Below, one piece after another: positions 12,843-25,927 of a stretch of 64,000 bases of DNA (position 1 is the stretch's first letter; each line of letters begins with the position of its first letter). Origin of the DNA: Octopus sinensis (taxonomy: Eukaryota); the NCBI RefSeq assembly GCF_006345805.1, contig NC_043002.1:30566001-30630000 (forward strand), in the 5' to 3' direction. Below the pieces are notes generated by a model, which saw nothing but the letters and a program-made list of their open reading frames with translations, was not told the DNA's origin and searched no databases. The translations under genes were made by a program, and so were the position numbers.

Positions 12843-12902
12843 TAATATAATAATAATAATAATAATAATAAAATATAATATAATGATGATGTGATGATGA
12901 TG

Positions 12903-12980
<78 letters not shown>

Positions 12981-13076
12981 TATAACAATATTAATAATAA
13001 TAATAATAATAATATAATAATAATAATAATAATATAATAATAATAATAATAATAATAGTAATATAATAATAATAAT

Positions 13077-13210
13077 AAATATTCAGACAAATACATAACA
13101 AAAACACCAGGACTTACAAACACATATAACATACAGAAAATTGCACTACTAGGCTGCACACAGAGCTGCGCTCGGTAGTGAAGTGAAAGCACGCTATAAA
13201 AATAAAACTA

Positions 13211-13213
<3 letters not shown>
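13077..13213 (+). mobile_element. Dong/R4-clade 3' end, copy 4 (internally deleted)
   Basis: ctactaggc joined to tgcacacagagctgcg, deletion with gcacac microhomology. Confidence 0.85.
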
Positions 13214-13250
<37 letters not shown>

Positions 13251-13293
13251 TAATAATAATAATAATAATATAATAATAATAATAATAATAATA

Positions 13294-13357
<64 letters not shown>

Positions 13358-13389
13358 GTAATCACAATAACAACTATTCAGCTTAATAC

Positions 13390-13854
13390 CATTGTCTTGG
13401 TATACAAGATGGGCTACAGCAAATATTCTGCTTAATACTACACATTTGCTTGTCAGTTGTTTGACCATAACTTGTTGAGCATGCCCCTTAGTGGGTGGCT
13501 GACGATATATGCATCTCTGATCACAAGCAGAAGTAGTGGGGGAGCATCATAGCTATGTGTTGAGAGGGATTCTTTGGTGATTGGATAATTCATCTTTGGA
13601 AACATCCTTAAACAATCCTTATTCAAGGACCTTTTGAGCAGGATGGGTTACTCGACCAGAATAAAATTTTAACTGGGCCCCACCTGCAAGGTCATGTGCT
13701 GTTTATCTTGATATGAGATCACCATGTCGTGCACATATGGTTGTGATGCATGTGCCTGGTGTACCCTCATCAGACAGGTAGTCATGATGGGTATACTGGG
13801 CTTCGTATATTTTACCCCAGTGTCACTTAGATGACATGCATTGCTCTCTCACTC
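13390..13854 (+). mobile_element. Non-coding interspersed element ending in (AAT)n, with long 3' hairpin
   Basis: Complex sequence bounded by (AAT)n; hairpin 13754-13801 gcctggtgtaccc/gggtatactgggc. Confidence 0.55.
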
Positions 13855-13860
13855 AATAAT

Positions 13861-13929
<69 letters not shown>

Positions 13930-14508
13930 CTGAAATGAAAACCAAGTATATCGTGCGTGTGTTTAATTGGCAAAATATGACCATTCCAAAGTATAATTAT
14001 ATGTGTGTGTGTATGTGTTGTATATGTAATAACTGAACTATGTATTATACACTCTATTGTGTTTTGTTATGCACATGATCCCCCGAGAAATTATGATCCA
14101 TGGAGCCGATCCCTGAGAGAAAGAAAAAACGGTTGGGGACGGGTGTGTAAATATGTCCCTATCTTTATATTTAGTTGCTTGATGCTTTATCACTATCTAC
14201 CTTCCCCTGTCTGCCTTCATGTTTGCTCCTCTACACCATACCTGAATCTTCCAACTTAACTCACTCACTCTTTGTTGGTGTATAAGAATTGTACCTACAT
14301 GATTCTTTTCCCAATATTTTTCCCACTTTTATGCCGCTGGTGTGGTTCGTATTTGCCTCCCATCCTTTCAACGTCAATAAAATAGGTACCAGTCGAGCAC
14401 TAAGGACAATTTAATTGACTTAGTCCCTCCTCCAAAATTGCTGGAATTGTGCCTTTATATGCATATATATGCATGCATTATATATATGTATATCGTATAT
14501 ATATATGC

Positions 14509-14564
<56 letters not shown>

Positions 14565-14745
14565 GTGTGTGTGTGTGTGTGTGTGTTTGGTGTGTGTGTT
14601 GTGTGTGTGTGTGTGTTGTGTGTGTGTGCGGTGTATGAATGTATGCATGCATGTATGTATGTATAGCTAGCTAGCTGTGAAGTTTGTGTTACAGTATTGA
14701 AAATGACTGTTCGATTATATACGCTTCTGATGTGTTTATTATATA

Positions 14746-14778
<33 letters not shown>

Positions 14779-15699
14779 ATATATATACATATCAGTATAT
14801 GACTTAGCCCCGCCTACAAAATTTCTGGCATCGTGCCAAAATTTGAAACCAATAATTTTTGCCATTCTCTTTTGTCCAACACGTACCTCTTTCCCTATCC
14901 GTCCTTTCCCAACTACCCTCTACCGGTTTTAGTTTAGCCCTAACTTCATCATTCTGACACAGAGGGAAACAGTTTCACTGCAAATAATAAATAATTTTTT
15001 TCACTCTTCTAAAACTTGTATTGATTGTTCGTTTTTATCCTTTTTATTTTTCTAAAAAGCACACCATCTGGAATTTCTAGGATCTCGGTTTTTACTTTTA
15101 TTTTAGCATCATAATAAAGTGACTTTTTAAATCATGTGACATTTAATTGCAGAATGCAGAAACATCTTTTACAGAGAATTTGTGGTTAGCACTCTTTCTT
15201 TCTTTCTTTTCTTGTTATCTGAAGGAGTCAATTGTTTAAATTTTCGCAGCTAAGTGAGCCAGTTGTTGAAATTTTGGCAGCTCACCAGTTTTTCTTCATC
15301 TCCCTCTTTCTCTCTCTCTCTTGTTTTCTTTTTCTCTCTTTCTTTCCATTTTCTCCCCCTTTCACATTTCTCTTTCTCTTTCTGTCTTGCCCCTTCCTCC
15401 CTCTGTCTCTTGCAATGTTGAGCTGATTCGTTACACGGATATAGAGTTTAGGAACAAAAATGGAAAATAAGCAAAAGTACGTGAATATAGGCACCATTTT
15501 CAGCTGTTAGCTTGACATTCTTCAAGTCGAATAAAAGTTAAGTTTATAAGTCTCTACAGCTACAGTGTATAGATTCCAGTGGAATAACAGGTTCTACAGC
15601 ATATGTATATTGTGTATATGTACGTAAGTATGTATGCAAGCAATATATATATGTGTATGTGTGTAGGCACGTATATCTATGCATATATATATCAACATG

Positions 15700-15915
15700 C
15701 GAGAGGGTGCTGAAAATTCCCTAGCTTTAAGTAAAAGAAAAAACAAGAGGATCAGTTAATTCTGATTTTACTCAACAAATTCTCCTCTCAGATAGACACA
15801 CTTATTGCAGCGATTCTTCAGTTTTTCTTAGCGTTGTAAAAGAACATGGAAGTCTTGGCCTCCAACCAAGCCTTTCGTGGTGCCCTTAAAGCTAGGAACT
15901 TTTCAGCACCCCTCG
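15700..15915 (+). mobile_element. Mariner-type MITE (about 215 bp)
   Basis: TIRs cgagagggtgctgaaaa / ttttcagcacccctcg followed by TA; four related copies in the window. Confidence 0.85.
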
Positions 15916-15957
15916 TATGTATGTATGAGCGTATATATATATATATATATATTTATC

Positions 15958-16074
15958 TTTACAAGGGTAAGTTTGACAGAGTCTTCGAAGTTTCGGCTAA
16001 CTAAATTTCTTTAGATCGAGGATGTCAAACAAGCCAAAACTTCGAAATCACTACCCTAACTTGCCTTGTAAAAA
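15958..16074. mobile_element. Small imperfect inverted-repeat element (MITE-like)
   Basis: ttacaagggtaagtt...ttcgaagttt.ggct versus agccaaaacttcgaa...aacttgccttgtaa. Confidence 0.45.
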
Positions 16075-16975
16075 TGAATATTTATCTCTACTGAAAAGTA
16101 TTATAGAAATTTTATGGGATGTCTTGCCAAAAAAAAAAAAAAAGGAGACTTAACAAAAGGTTTGTGACCTTAGAAAAAGTTCAAGAGGGTTGCCCATCCT
16201 TTCTTGATGAAGCCAGAAGAAAAGTCTCAGGAGCATGTAACTTTAAGAGAAATCTAGATGTCTACATAGAGCTTTCTTAGATACCATTTGGTTAGATACA
16301 TATTAGACGATGTCTTTTGTAATATGATACAACCTGATGGCAGTTAAACAAGGAAGCAAAACGACGTGATGCGCTATTTTATTAAGTCATCTAGACGTTG
16401 ATGCAGGGTCCAAATAAACCAGATACTAAGAGAAATTTCATGATTGTTGAGTGGGAAGAATAAAATGGAAAGCGACTTGTTGACGTTATGAGTGTATGTG
16501 TGTTTGTGTTACTGTCCTCATATTTTTCTATACCTTGTTAATATGTCATTGCGTATATGAATGTGTCTTTGTGTGTGTATGTGTGTGTGTGTCGTAGTGT
16601 ATTTATAAGCTTCGGTGCACTTTTAAGTTTGTCATTAGTACTTCTATAGCTTTCTGTGACAGGTCCGTGATGAATGGTTTTAAGGGAGAAGAGCCAAAAT
16701 AAGGAAAGAAAGAAGAAAAAACAAAGAAGCTAGGGAGAACTTAGATGAGAATGATGATGATGATGAAGAAAGATATTCAAAGAGGGTGATAGGAAGAGTA
16801 CAGTAGAAGGGTTAAAGAAAGAAAGAAAGACAGAGAGAAAATGAGCGTATGTGTGTAAATGCATGCGTGTATGTGTGTATTTGTGTGTCAGGCAGGAGCT
16901 TAATGTGAATATAGAATATGATTCACATTCACTGTACATTAAGTACAGCAAACCTAGTTACACAGTGCTGTGTTG

Positions 16976-17020
<45 letters not shown>

Positions 17021-17063
17021 TGTATAATGTATGTAAATGTATGTATATATATGTATATATGTG

Positions 17064-17096
<33 letters not shown>

Positions 17097-17675
17097 TTAT
17101 ATATATACACACACACACACACATAAATATATATATATATATATATATACAAATATATATGTATGTATGCATGTTTACGTATACACGTATACATCCATAA
17201 TCAAATACGAAAAGATAGGATGAAAGGCTTAAAAGTTAGTTACCATATGATAATTGTATTAAAACTGGGACAGAGTATTTTTGTGTTGCAGGGGTGAAGG
17301 ATTAAACGCAAGAAAGTACACATTCCACACACACACGCACGCACACACACACATACACACACACACTATCTTTGACCCCTTATTCTCATTACTTATACAT
17401 ATGATTGTAATCAATTAATAAATAGATCTAAATGAATATTTAGAGGCTAAAGTTTGTCGATTGATTATCCTCTCCGATTTCTTAGTTTCTTATGAATCCT
17501 GGGTAAATTTCTGTTCTACACCCACTCATACTGAGTATTCAATTGCGATACTGCCCTGCAATAGTAAGCAGTTAGATATAAATACGTAGGTATACATCCG
17601 GTTTGTATAGGATATTTATTATCCCCTAGATGGTTGCTTAACCTCTAACTCATTGAAATATATATATATATATAT

Positions 17676-17914
17676 GAAAAAACAAGTTAAAAATAGAAAA
17701 TGCTAAAATAATTTTATAGTGAACATTTCAGTACCGGTTTCGGTCATTTTGAGACCTTTTCAACTGTAACGATTAAATAATTAATTTAGAAAAATTAGAA
17801 GAAAAGTTTTTTTAAAAGAATATTTCTATAGTAGTGTTCAGATTTAAGTGGCATTCTGCCTTTCTCTGACTCCCTTGTTTGCACTTGTGTGTTCGAGGTA
17901 GTTGTGTGTTCGAG
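17676..17914 (-). mobile_element. Penelope-like element 3' terminus in (TA)n, copy 1
   Basis: Homologous to 22586-22810; flanked by (TA)n both sides. Confidence 0.9.
17729..17766 (-). ncRNA. Minimal hammerhead, U3-A8 variant
   Basis: CAG-UUGAAAA-GGUC-ucaaaau-GACC-GAAA-CCGG-UA-CUG. Confidence 0.75.
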
Positions 17915-18489
17915 TATATATATATATATATATAATATATATATATTATATATATATATACAAATATATATGTATGTATGCATGTTTACGTATACACGTA
18001 TACATCCATAATCAAATACGAAAAGATAGGATGAAAGGCTTAAAAGTTAGTTACCATATGATAATTGTATTAAAACTGGGACAGAGTATTTTTGTGTTGC
18101 AGGGGTGAAGGATTAAACGCAAGAAAGTACACATTCACACACACACCACGCACACACACACATACACACACACACCTATCTTTGACCCCTTATTCTCATT
18201 ACTTATACATATGATTGTAATCAATTAATAAATAGATCTAAATGAATATTTAGAGGCTAAAAGTTGTCGATTGATTATCCTCTCCGATTTCTTAGTTGTC
18301 TTATGAATCCTGGGTAAATTTCTGTTCTACACCCACTCATACTGAGTATTCAATTGCGATACTGCCCTGCAATAGTAAGCAGTTAGATATAAATACGTAG
18401 GTATACATCCGGTTGTATATTGGATATTTATTATCCCCTAGATGGTTGCTTAACCTCTAACTCATTGAAATATATATATATATATATAT

Positions 18490-18832
<343 letters not shown>

Positions 18833-18833
18833 T

Positions 18834-18917
<84 letters not shown>

Positions 18918-19356
18918 CGGAGATAGTGGGTGCGAAACTACGTGGAGATCCCGGACTCTGACAGAAGAGGCAATTGGCTGCGAATGGTCCGTGTATATTG
19001 TTTTGTACTGTTTGCCGTCATCATGCTGTCGTCCTTTTTCCGTCGTGTTGTGTTTTAAAGGTTACCGTTTGTTATGTTTTTTCTGTTCTAAATTATATAT
19101 ATATATATATATATAATATATCTTTGAACAAATTCTCTTCTAGTGGTGGTTTAACTCGAAGGAGATATTTGCGAAGAGTTGTATTACTCTTGAATACACT
19201 CTTGATGTCATATGGGCCGTTGTAAAAATTGTAAAAAATTGTAAAAATCTGAAGTTTATCATTTAATGAGCATGAGAATACATACATAATACAAAACATG
19301 GAAATCTGCACACACACATACATACTCACACATACATACATACATACATACATATA

Positions 19357-19525
19357 TAGGCGTAGGAGTGGCTGTGTGGTAAGTAGCTTGCTTACGAACC
19401 ACATGGTTCCGGGTTCAGTCCCACAGCGGGGCACCTTGGGCAAGTGTCTTCTACTATAGCCTCGGGCAGACCAAAGCCTTGTGAATGGATTTGGTAGACG
19501 GAAACCGAAAGGAACTCGTCGTATA

Positions 19526-19561
<36 letters not shown>

Positions 19562-19776
19562 TGTATGTATGTGTGTGTGTGTTTGTCCCCTAACATCGCT
19601 TGACAACTGATGCTGGTGTCTTTGCGTCCCCGTAACATAGTGGTTCGGCAAAAGAGACCGATAGAATAAGTACTAGGCTTAAAAAGAATAAGTCCTGGAG
19701 TTGATTTGCTCGACTAAATGCGGTGCTCCAGCATGGCCACAGTCAAATAACTGAAACAAGTAACAGAGTAAAAGAG
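19357..19776 (+). mobile_element. SINE family B, full length (tRNA head, CORE-like caccttgggcaagt, internal microsatellite, tail)
   Basis: taggcgtaggagtggctgtgtggtaag...gggttcagtccc...caccttgggcaagtgtcttctac...(TA/TATG/TG)n...cagcatggccacagtcaaat..gaaacaagta; many copies in the window. Confidence 0.92.
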
Positions 19777-21033
19777 TATACCTACATACATGCATATATA
19801 CATAAATACATACATATACATACATACAAAATTATTCTTTTGGTGTTGTTGAAATTCCACTGCTGACCTGGTTCTATTTGAAGAAAATGGCTCCTCCATT
19901 GGCAAGAAATCATGAAATAAAACTGAATAATAATATACATACAAAACATCCATCCATCCATCCATTCATACATACATACGTGCATACATAAATACATACA
20001 TACATACATGCATTCATACATACATACATACAAGCATACACACCTGAAACTTGCCAACCTACAATCTATTCACGCCCACACTCGTGGACCACATATGAAT
20101 CAATGAAGAAACGATATTTCCAAGAAATATTTATCTTACGGACTTAACATTAGTTGTAACCTCTCTTCCCAGCCCCACCTCTTTGTTTTGCCACTGGCCC
20201 TCAGTTTGGGTTTCATTCAAATATTTAGGGGTTATTCACAGGCGAACGACGTCTTTCAATAGCAAGTTTCTATAAAAGTATTTTTTCTCTATTTAAAAAT
20301 GGACAAAGACTCGCTTTGTCAACAATTTAAGAGAATCACCGCTGTGTGGGGCTGGATATATAGAACAATATTTACTCATATATATATTTAGACATATATG
20401 CACAGATACATACAAACATACATATATACATTCATACATACATACATACGTACAATCAAACGTGTTTGTATGTGTCCGTGTGCTTGTGTGTATGCGTGTG
20501 TGTGAATAAATTTATGTTTACTTTGCTATATAGCTAAGTAAAATAATACATATATTTCCATATGTACGTTGTGGGATGTTTCTGTATGTATGCATACATG
20601 TATAAATGTATGTATGTGTATATGTATGTATGTATGTATGTATGCATTTATGTATGAATGTATGTATGTAAGTATGTATGTATGTATGTATGTATGTATG
20701 TATGTATGTATGTATGTATGTATGTATGTATGTATGTATGTATGTATGTATGTATGCATGTATGTATGTATGTATGCATGTATGTATGTATATATGTATG
20801 TATGTATGTATATAATGTGTTGATGAATTTTTTTATTTACTAGACGTATTGCTATATAAAATGATTCATATATGTGTATATAAGTATTTTAGAAATGTGT
20901 GTGCGTGTATGCATGTATACACACATGCGTATATTTATTCATGCTCTTGCACGTGCACAATTATACACAATTTGCAGAAACATAATGGTCGCACAGTAAT
21001 CTACATACGCACATATGCTTTCAAACAATCATA

Positions 21034-21860
21034 TACCCAATGGGTGTTCGAGTTAAATTTGACGATTTGCTATTTCTCCTATGGACAGGAACAGCTAGGG
21101 GCATAAACAGTCAACCGGCATTGAAGAGTATAAAGATGCATTTTGTTGCTGAGAAAACGTTAGCTGACATGGAGGACTGGAAACCACCTGAATATTGAAA
21201 AAGTGTTACCTGTATCATTTTGATTCGCGCCGGGTATCAAAACGCCGACATCATGAATGCTGTTCAGTCAACTGTAACCTCTGTAAAGGCTGTAAGACGT
21301 GACATGGACAGCTCGAATGGTGACCAAGAAGCCGTGGCCAGCAGGTAGGGACACAAGAGGGGTTCTGACTGTGTTCGCACGCTGCAATTCATCCAACAAC
21401 TGATTAATGAACAGGGCCCTAGGTTTCTTTCAGCTGCTTGAGTCTGTGGTCAATACCAAGATAAGAGAGGATTGATGGTGGAAAGACATGTGTGCCAGGA
21501 GAATTCGGTTCCTTGCCATACTTCCAAACGGAGCCAGATGTCGTTGTCCAGAGAGTTTCTACGACTTCACCAACCTCAATTTCCAATCCCCTAACCCACT
21601 GATTGTAATGGACTACAATGTATGGAGTGCGGTTGAGAAAGCCGCCATCTGCTCTGCTTGCAATACCAAGGCCGAGCTGGTGGCCAAGATCAAAGAGGTG
21701 TTCTAAGAACTTCCCAGAGACACAGTGAATAACGCATGCACATGGTTCTTGAGTCGTCTTCGGGATGTAGTTGAAGCGGGGGCCAGTTACTTTGAGTAAA
21801 CTGTTATCTCCCATTCATAAACTAGTTGATAGTATTTGATTTTTTTAAAAATTTATTTTT
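21034..21860 (+). mobile_element. Internally deleted IS630-Tc1-mariner element (maT/DD37D-like)
   Basis: N-terminal MEDWKPPEY...ILIRAGYQNADIM joined to QENSVPCHTSK and MDYNVWSAVEK...CNTKAELVAKIKEVF...RDVVEAGASYFE. Confidence 0.75.
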
Positions 21861-22046
21861 GTATGGGAGATTGTATTTTATTGTTACGTACTTTTTTCTA
21901 TATGTCTTTTCTTCACTTTTCACTCTTCGATAAGAATTTTCAGCACAAAATGAGAAAGCAAAAACAGAATCTAAGAAACGATTCTCTCCCTTTAATCTCC
22001 CCACTCTCTCTTTCTACCTTCTTACATTTAGATCATACAGCAACCT

Positions 22047-22305
22047 TCATACGTACATATGCTTTCAAACAATCATATACTTACTGGTTTTTCGGGTTAA
22101 GTTCGACGATTTGTTATGTCTCCTATTTGCAGGAACACCTAGGTGAGGCTGTAAACAGTCAACGGCGTTGAAGAGTATAAAGAGGAAATTTGTTGCTGAG
22201 AAAATGTTAGCTGACATGGAGGACTGGAAACCACCTGAATATTAGAAATGTGTTACCTGTATCATTTTGATTCGCGCCGGGTATCAAAATGCTGACATCA
22301 TAGCA
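22047..22305 (+). mobile_element. Second, diverged copy of the 5' part of the same Tc1/mariner element
   Basis: Homologous to about 21000-21254 including atggaggactggaaaccacctgaata. Confidence 0.8.
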
Positions 22306-22336
22306 TCCTCCAGCGAATAGAATATATTTTCTACCC

Positions 22337-22490
22337 AGTGGCTGTGTGGTAAGTAGCTTGCTTACCAAACACATGGTCCTTATTTCAGTCCCACTGCGTG
22401 GCACCTTGGGCAAGTGTCTTCTACTATAGCATCGGACCAACCAAAGCCTTGTGAGTGGACTTGGTAGACGGAAACTGAAAGAAGCCCGTC
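22337..22490 (+). mobile_element. SINE family B 5' half (interrupted by the inverted Penelope-like insertion)
   Basis: Head and CORE-like part ending aagcccgtc(TA)n; matching tail at 25718-25927. Confidence 0.88.
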
Positions 22491-22531
22491 GTATATATAT
22501 ATATTATATATATATATATATATTATATATA

Positions 22532-22573
<42 letters not shown>

Positions 22574-22638
22574 TATATAATATATGAAAAAACAAGTCAA
22601 AAATAGAAAATGCTAAGATGATTTTATAGTGAATCTTT

Positions 22639-22676
22639 CAGTACCGGTTTCGGTCATTTTGAGACCTTTTCAACTG
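22639..22676 (-). ncRNA. Minimal hammerhead, U3-A8 variant, at PLE 3' end
   Basis: CAG-UUGAAAA-GGUC-ucaaaau-GACC-GAAA-CCGG-UA-CUG. Confidence 0.75.
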
Positions 22677-23329
22677 TAACGATTAAATAATTAAATTTAG
22701 AAAAATTAGAAGAAAAGTTTTTAAAAAAAAATATTTCTGTAGTAGTGTTCAGATATAAGTAGCATTCTGCCTTTCTCTGACTCCCTTGTTTGCACTTGTG
22801 TGTTCGAGGTCGTTTTGAGTTCTTGGTAGGATAGGTGAAGAATAATGAGGCTGATGTGGAGAGGGGGTGGGGAAATCTGGGAATGCCTTAATGGTCGTAT
22901 TTTGAATGGTCAGTTGCTGACAGTAATCGCAGTTCAATTCAGGAATTGTTTATGGAATTTGCGTAGGCGTTATACTGAAAGACATTAGTGACAAGGTTAA
23001 GGGGTGGAAGGTGGAGAAGTAGAAGAAGAAGAAGAAGAAGAAGAAGAAGAAGAAGAAGAAGAAGAAGAAGAAGAAGGAGAAGATGGTGGTGATGATGGTG
23101 GTGATGATGATGACGACGATGATGATGATAATGATGATGATGAAGAAGAAGAGGAAGAAGAAGAAGAAGAAAAAAACAGAGAAGGGAGAATATGAATGGG
23201 TGTAAGTGATGGGGCTGATTAGTAATGGATTCTATGGAGTGTAATATTTGTGTGTGTATATATTTCTTTTATTCTAAAGTTGAGGTATATTAATTGTTTG
23301 TCGTAGACCCGTTAAGAAGTGGCTTGTAT

Positions 23330-24720
23330 TTTGTAATAAAGAGATTTTCTTTACTTATTCGTTGTCTCGAGGTTGTATCGTCCTAAATTGGTAGAGGGGG
23401 AAATTCTGAAGTTTGGTGTTTTTTGTTGTTGGCGCAAGTATCTATGTGTTGGCTAAAAGCTATTTTTCTGTTTGGGGGAATTTTTATCTGGGATCTGTGC
23501 AGGGCCATTCGTTTACGCAAACCATTTTTTGTTTGGCCTATGTACTGCTCTTGACACCCGGAGCAGGTTAGTGAGTATATTAGGTTCTCCGAAGCACATG
23601 TGAAGTTGCTTTTCACTGTAAACCGTTGTCCCTGTTTGAAGGAGAACTCTGATCCTTCAATTAGATAGTCGCATATCCCGCAATTGGGTCTTCCACATTT
23701 TTTTACTGTCGGCTTCTGTGTTGAAGAGTGAATTCGGGCTTGTGTAAGGAGACTTTTCATGGATCTAGGCTGTCTTTTGCTTTTTATGATCGTGTGTGTT
23801 TGGAGGATTGTGTTCATTCTGTGGTCTTTTTCTAGGAGGGGTATGTTGTGGAGGATGGTGTCGAAGGCTTCGTTATTGAGAGGGTTGTGTGTGGAGATGT
23901 ATGGTAAGGCTTTTGGTTGTAAGTTTTTCTTTGATTTGGGATGTCTCAGTTCCTTGATGTTAAGTTGAAGGGCACGTTGAATGCACTTGTCAATAAGTGA
24001 AGGTGGATAGTTCCTGGTGATAAGGGTATCTTTTAGTTCTTGTAGTCGTGTGTCTCTGGTGTTTGCGTTAGAGACTATAGTGCATATCCTTTTTGCTAGA
24101 TTGAAGGGGATATTCATCCTGGTGTGTCTGGGGTGGCATGAATTGAATGGAAGATATTGCTTAGAGTCTGTAGGCTTATAGTATATGTCTGTTTCTATTA
24201 TATTATTAGCTTTCTTAATGAGGATATCGAGGAAGGGGAGTTGTTGTTGGCTATATTCCATCGTGAATTGGATGTTTACGTCCAGTCCGTTTAAAATTTT
24301 CTGGAATTCTATGAGTTTTTTATATTTTTATGCCAAAGGATGAAACAGTCATCTAGATATCTCTTCCAGTTGTTTTCTATGTAGATGGAGAAAGGGCTGC
24401 CATATCTTTCCAGAACCTTACGATACAGACTGATCTCTAGGTATCCTATGACTAGGTTGGCAAGGAGGGGCCATTCGTGTACCCATCGCAGTCCCCGATT
24501 TTTGTCGGTAGAAGTTGTCATTGAAGGCGAAGAAGTTATTTTCCAGGATGAATTTAACCCCTTCTATCACAAATTTTTTTTGATGCGGTGTGGTAGTTCG
24601 TTGGCGTGATTCTCTAGCCAGAATTGGATTGCCTCTACTCCTAGGTTGTGGGGGATATTGGAGTAGAGGTTGACTACATCGAAGGATACCAGTATGGTGT
24701 TTTTGTTTATAGTATTCGGT
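23330..24720 (-). pseudogene. PLE reverse transcriptase + GIY-YIG endonuclease (Neptune/Nematis-like, C-terminal EN), 5'-truncated and frameshifted
   Basis: SFDVVNLYSNIP, GTAMGT, RYLDDCF, PFLDILI, KPTDSKQYL..SCHP, linker C-x4-C-x2-C (KCGRPNCGIC), NLIYSLTCSGCQEQYIGQT, RMALH, HIDTC, KENLFITKYKPLLN. Confidence 0.95.
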
Positions 24721-25525
24721 ATGAATATCCCCTTCAATCTAGCAAAAAGGATATGCACTATAGTCTCTAACGCAAACACCAGAGACACACGACTACAAGA
24801 ACTAAAAGATACCCTTATCACCAGGAATTATCCACCTTCACTTATTGACAAGTGCATTCAACGTGCCCTTCAACTTAACATCAAGGAACTGAGACATCCC
24901 AAATCAAAGAAAAACTTACAACCAAAAGCCTTACCATACATCTCCACACACAACCCTCTCAATAACGAAGCCTTCGACACCATCCTCCACAACATACCCC
25001 TCTCCACCTTCTTCTTCATCATCATCATTATCATCATCATCGTCGTCATCATCATCACCACCATCATCACCACCATCTTCTCCTTCTTCTTCTTCTTCTC
25101 TTCTTCTTCTTCTTCTTCTTTCTTCTTCTTCTTCTTCTTCTTATCATATCATCATCACATCGTCATCTTCTTCTTCTTCTACTTCTCCACCTTCCCCCCT
25201 TAACCTTGTCACTAATGTCTTTCAGTATAACGCCTACGCAAATTCCATAAACAATTCCTGAATTGAACTGCGACTACTGTCAGCAACTGACCATTCAAAT
25301 ACGACCATTAAGGCATTCCCAGATTTCCCCACCCCCTCTCCACATCAGCCTCATTATTCTTCACCTATCCTACCAAGAACTCAAAAACGACGACCTCGAA
25401 ACACAAGTGCAAACAAGGGAGTCAGAGAAAGGCAGAATGCTACTTATATCTGAACACTACTACAGAAATATTTTTTTAAAAAAACTTTTCTTCTAATTTT
25501 TCTAAATTAAATTATTTAATCGTTA

Positions 25526-25562
25526 CAGTTGAAAAGGTCTCAAAATGACCGAAACGGTACTG
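25526..25562 (+). ncRNA. Minimal hammerhead, U3-A8 variant (one C of CCGG missing)
   Basis: cagttgaaaaggtctcaaaatgaccgaaacggtactg. Confidence 0.65.
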
Positions 25563-25717
25563 AAAGATTCACTATAAAATCATCTTAGCATTTTCTATTT
25601 TTGACTTGTTTTTTTCATATATATCAACTCGTGTGTTCCTTTCCACCCTTATACATATATATATATATAATATATATATATATATTATATGTGTGTTGTG
25701 TGTGTGTGTGTGTTTTT

Positions 25718-25927
25718 GTGTGTCTGTGTTTGTCCCTCTACCATCGATTGCCAAAAAATGTCGGTGTGTTCACGTCCACGTAACCTAGCGGTTCGGCAAA
25801 ACAGACCGATATAATAAGTACTAAACTTACAAAGAATAAGTCCTGGGGTTGATTTGCTCGACTAGAGGCGGTACTCCAGCATGGCCGCAGTTAAATGATT
25901 GAAACAAGTAAAAAAAATAAAAGAATA
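25718..25927 (+). mobile_element. SINE family B 3' half
   Basis: tgtgtttgtccc...gtaacctagcggttcggcaaaa...ccagcatggccgcagt.aaatga.tgaaacaagtaaa. Confidence 0.88.

Larger units (their letters stand above)
11684..13925. repeat. Interrupted (AAT)n microsatellite array
   Basis: Long AAT runs separating five inserted segments. Confidence 0.97.
22586..25616. mobile_element. Penelope-like retroelement in inverted arrangement (long arm on minus 22586-24720, deleted arm on plus 24721-25616)
   Basis: 24721-25001 = reverse complement of 23837-24117; 25012-25616 = reverse complement of about 22586-23151; both arms end at ...gacttgttttttc(AT)n. Confidence 0.95.

Noticed and set aside
23383-24261. Assignment of the PLE to the Naiad clade or as a selenoprotein
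   Set aside because: Naiads have an N-terminal endonuclease; here EN is C-terminal and no in-frame TGA series is seen
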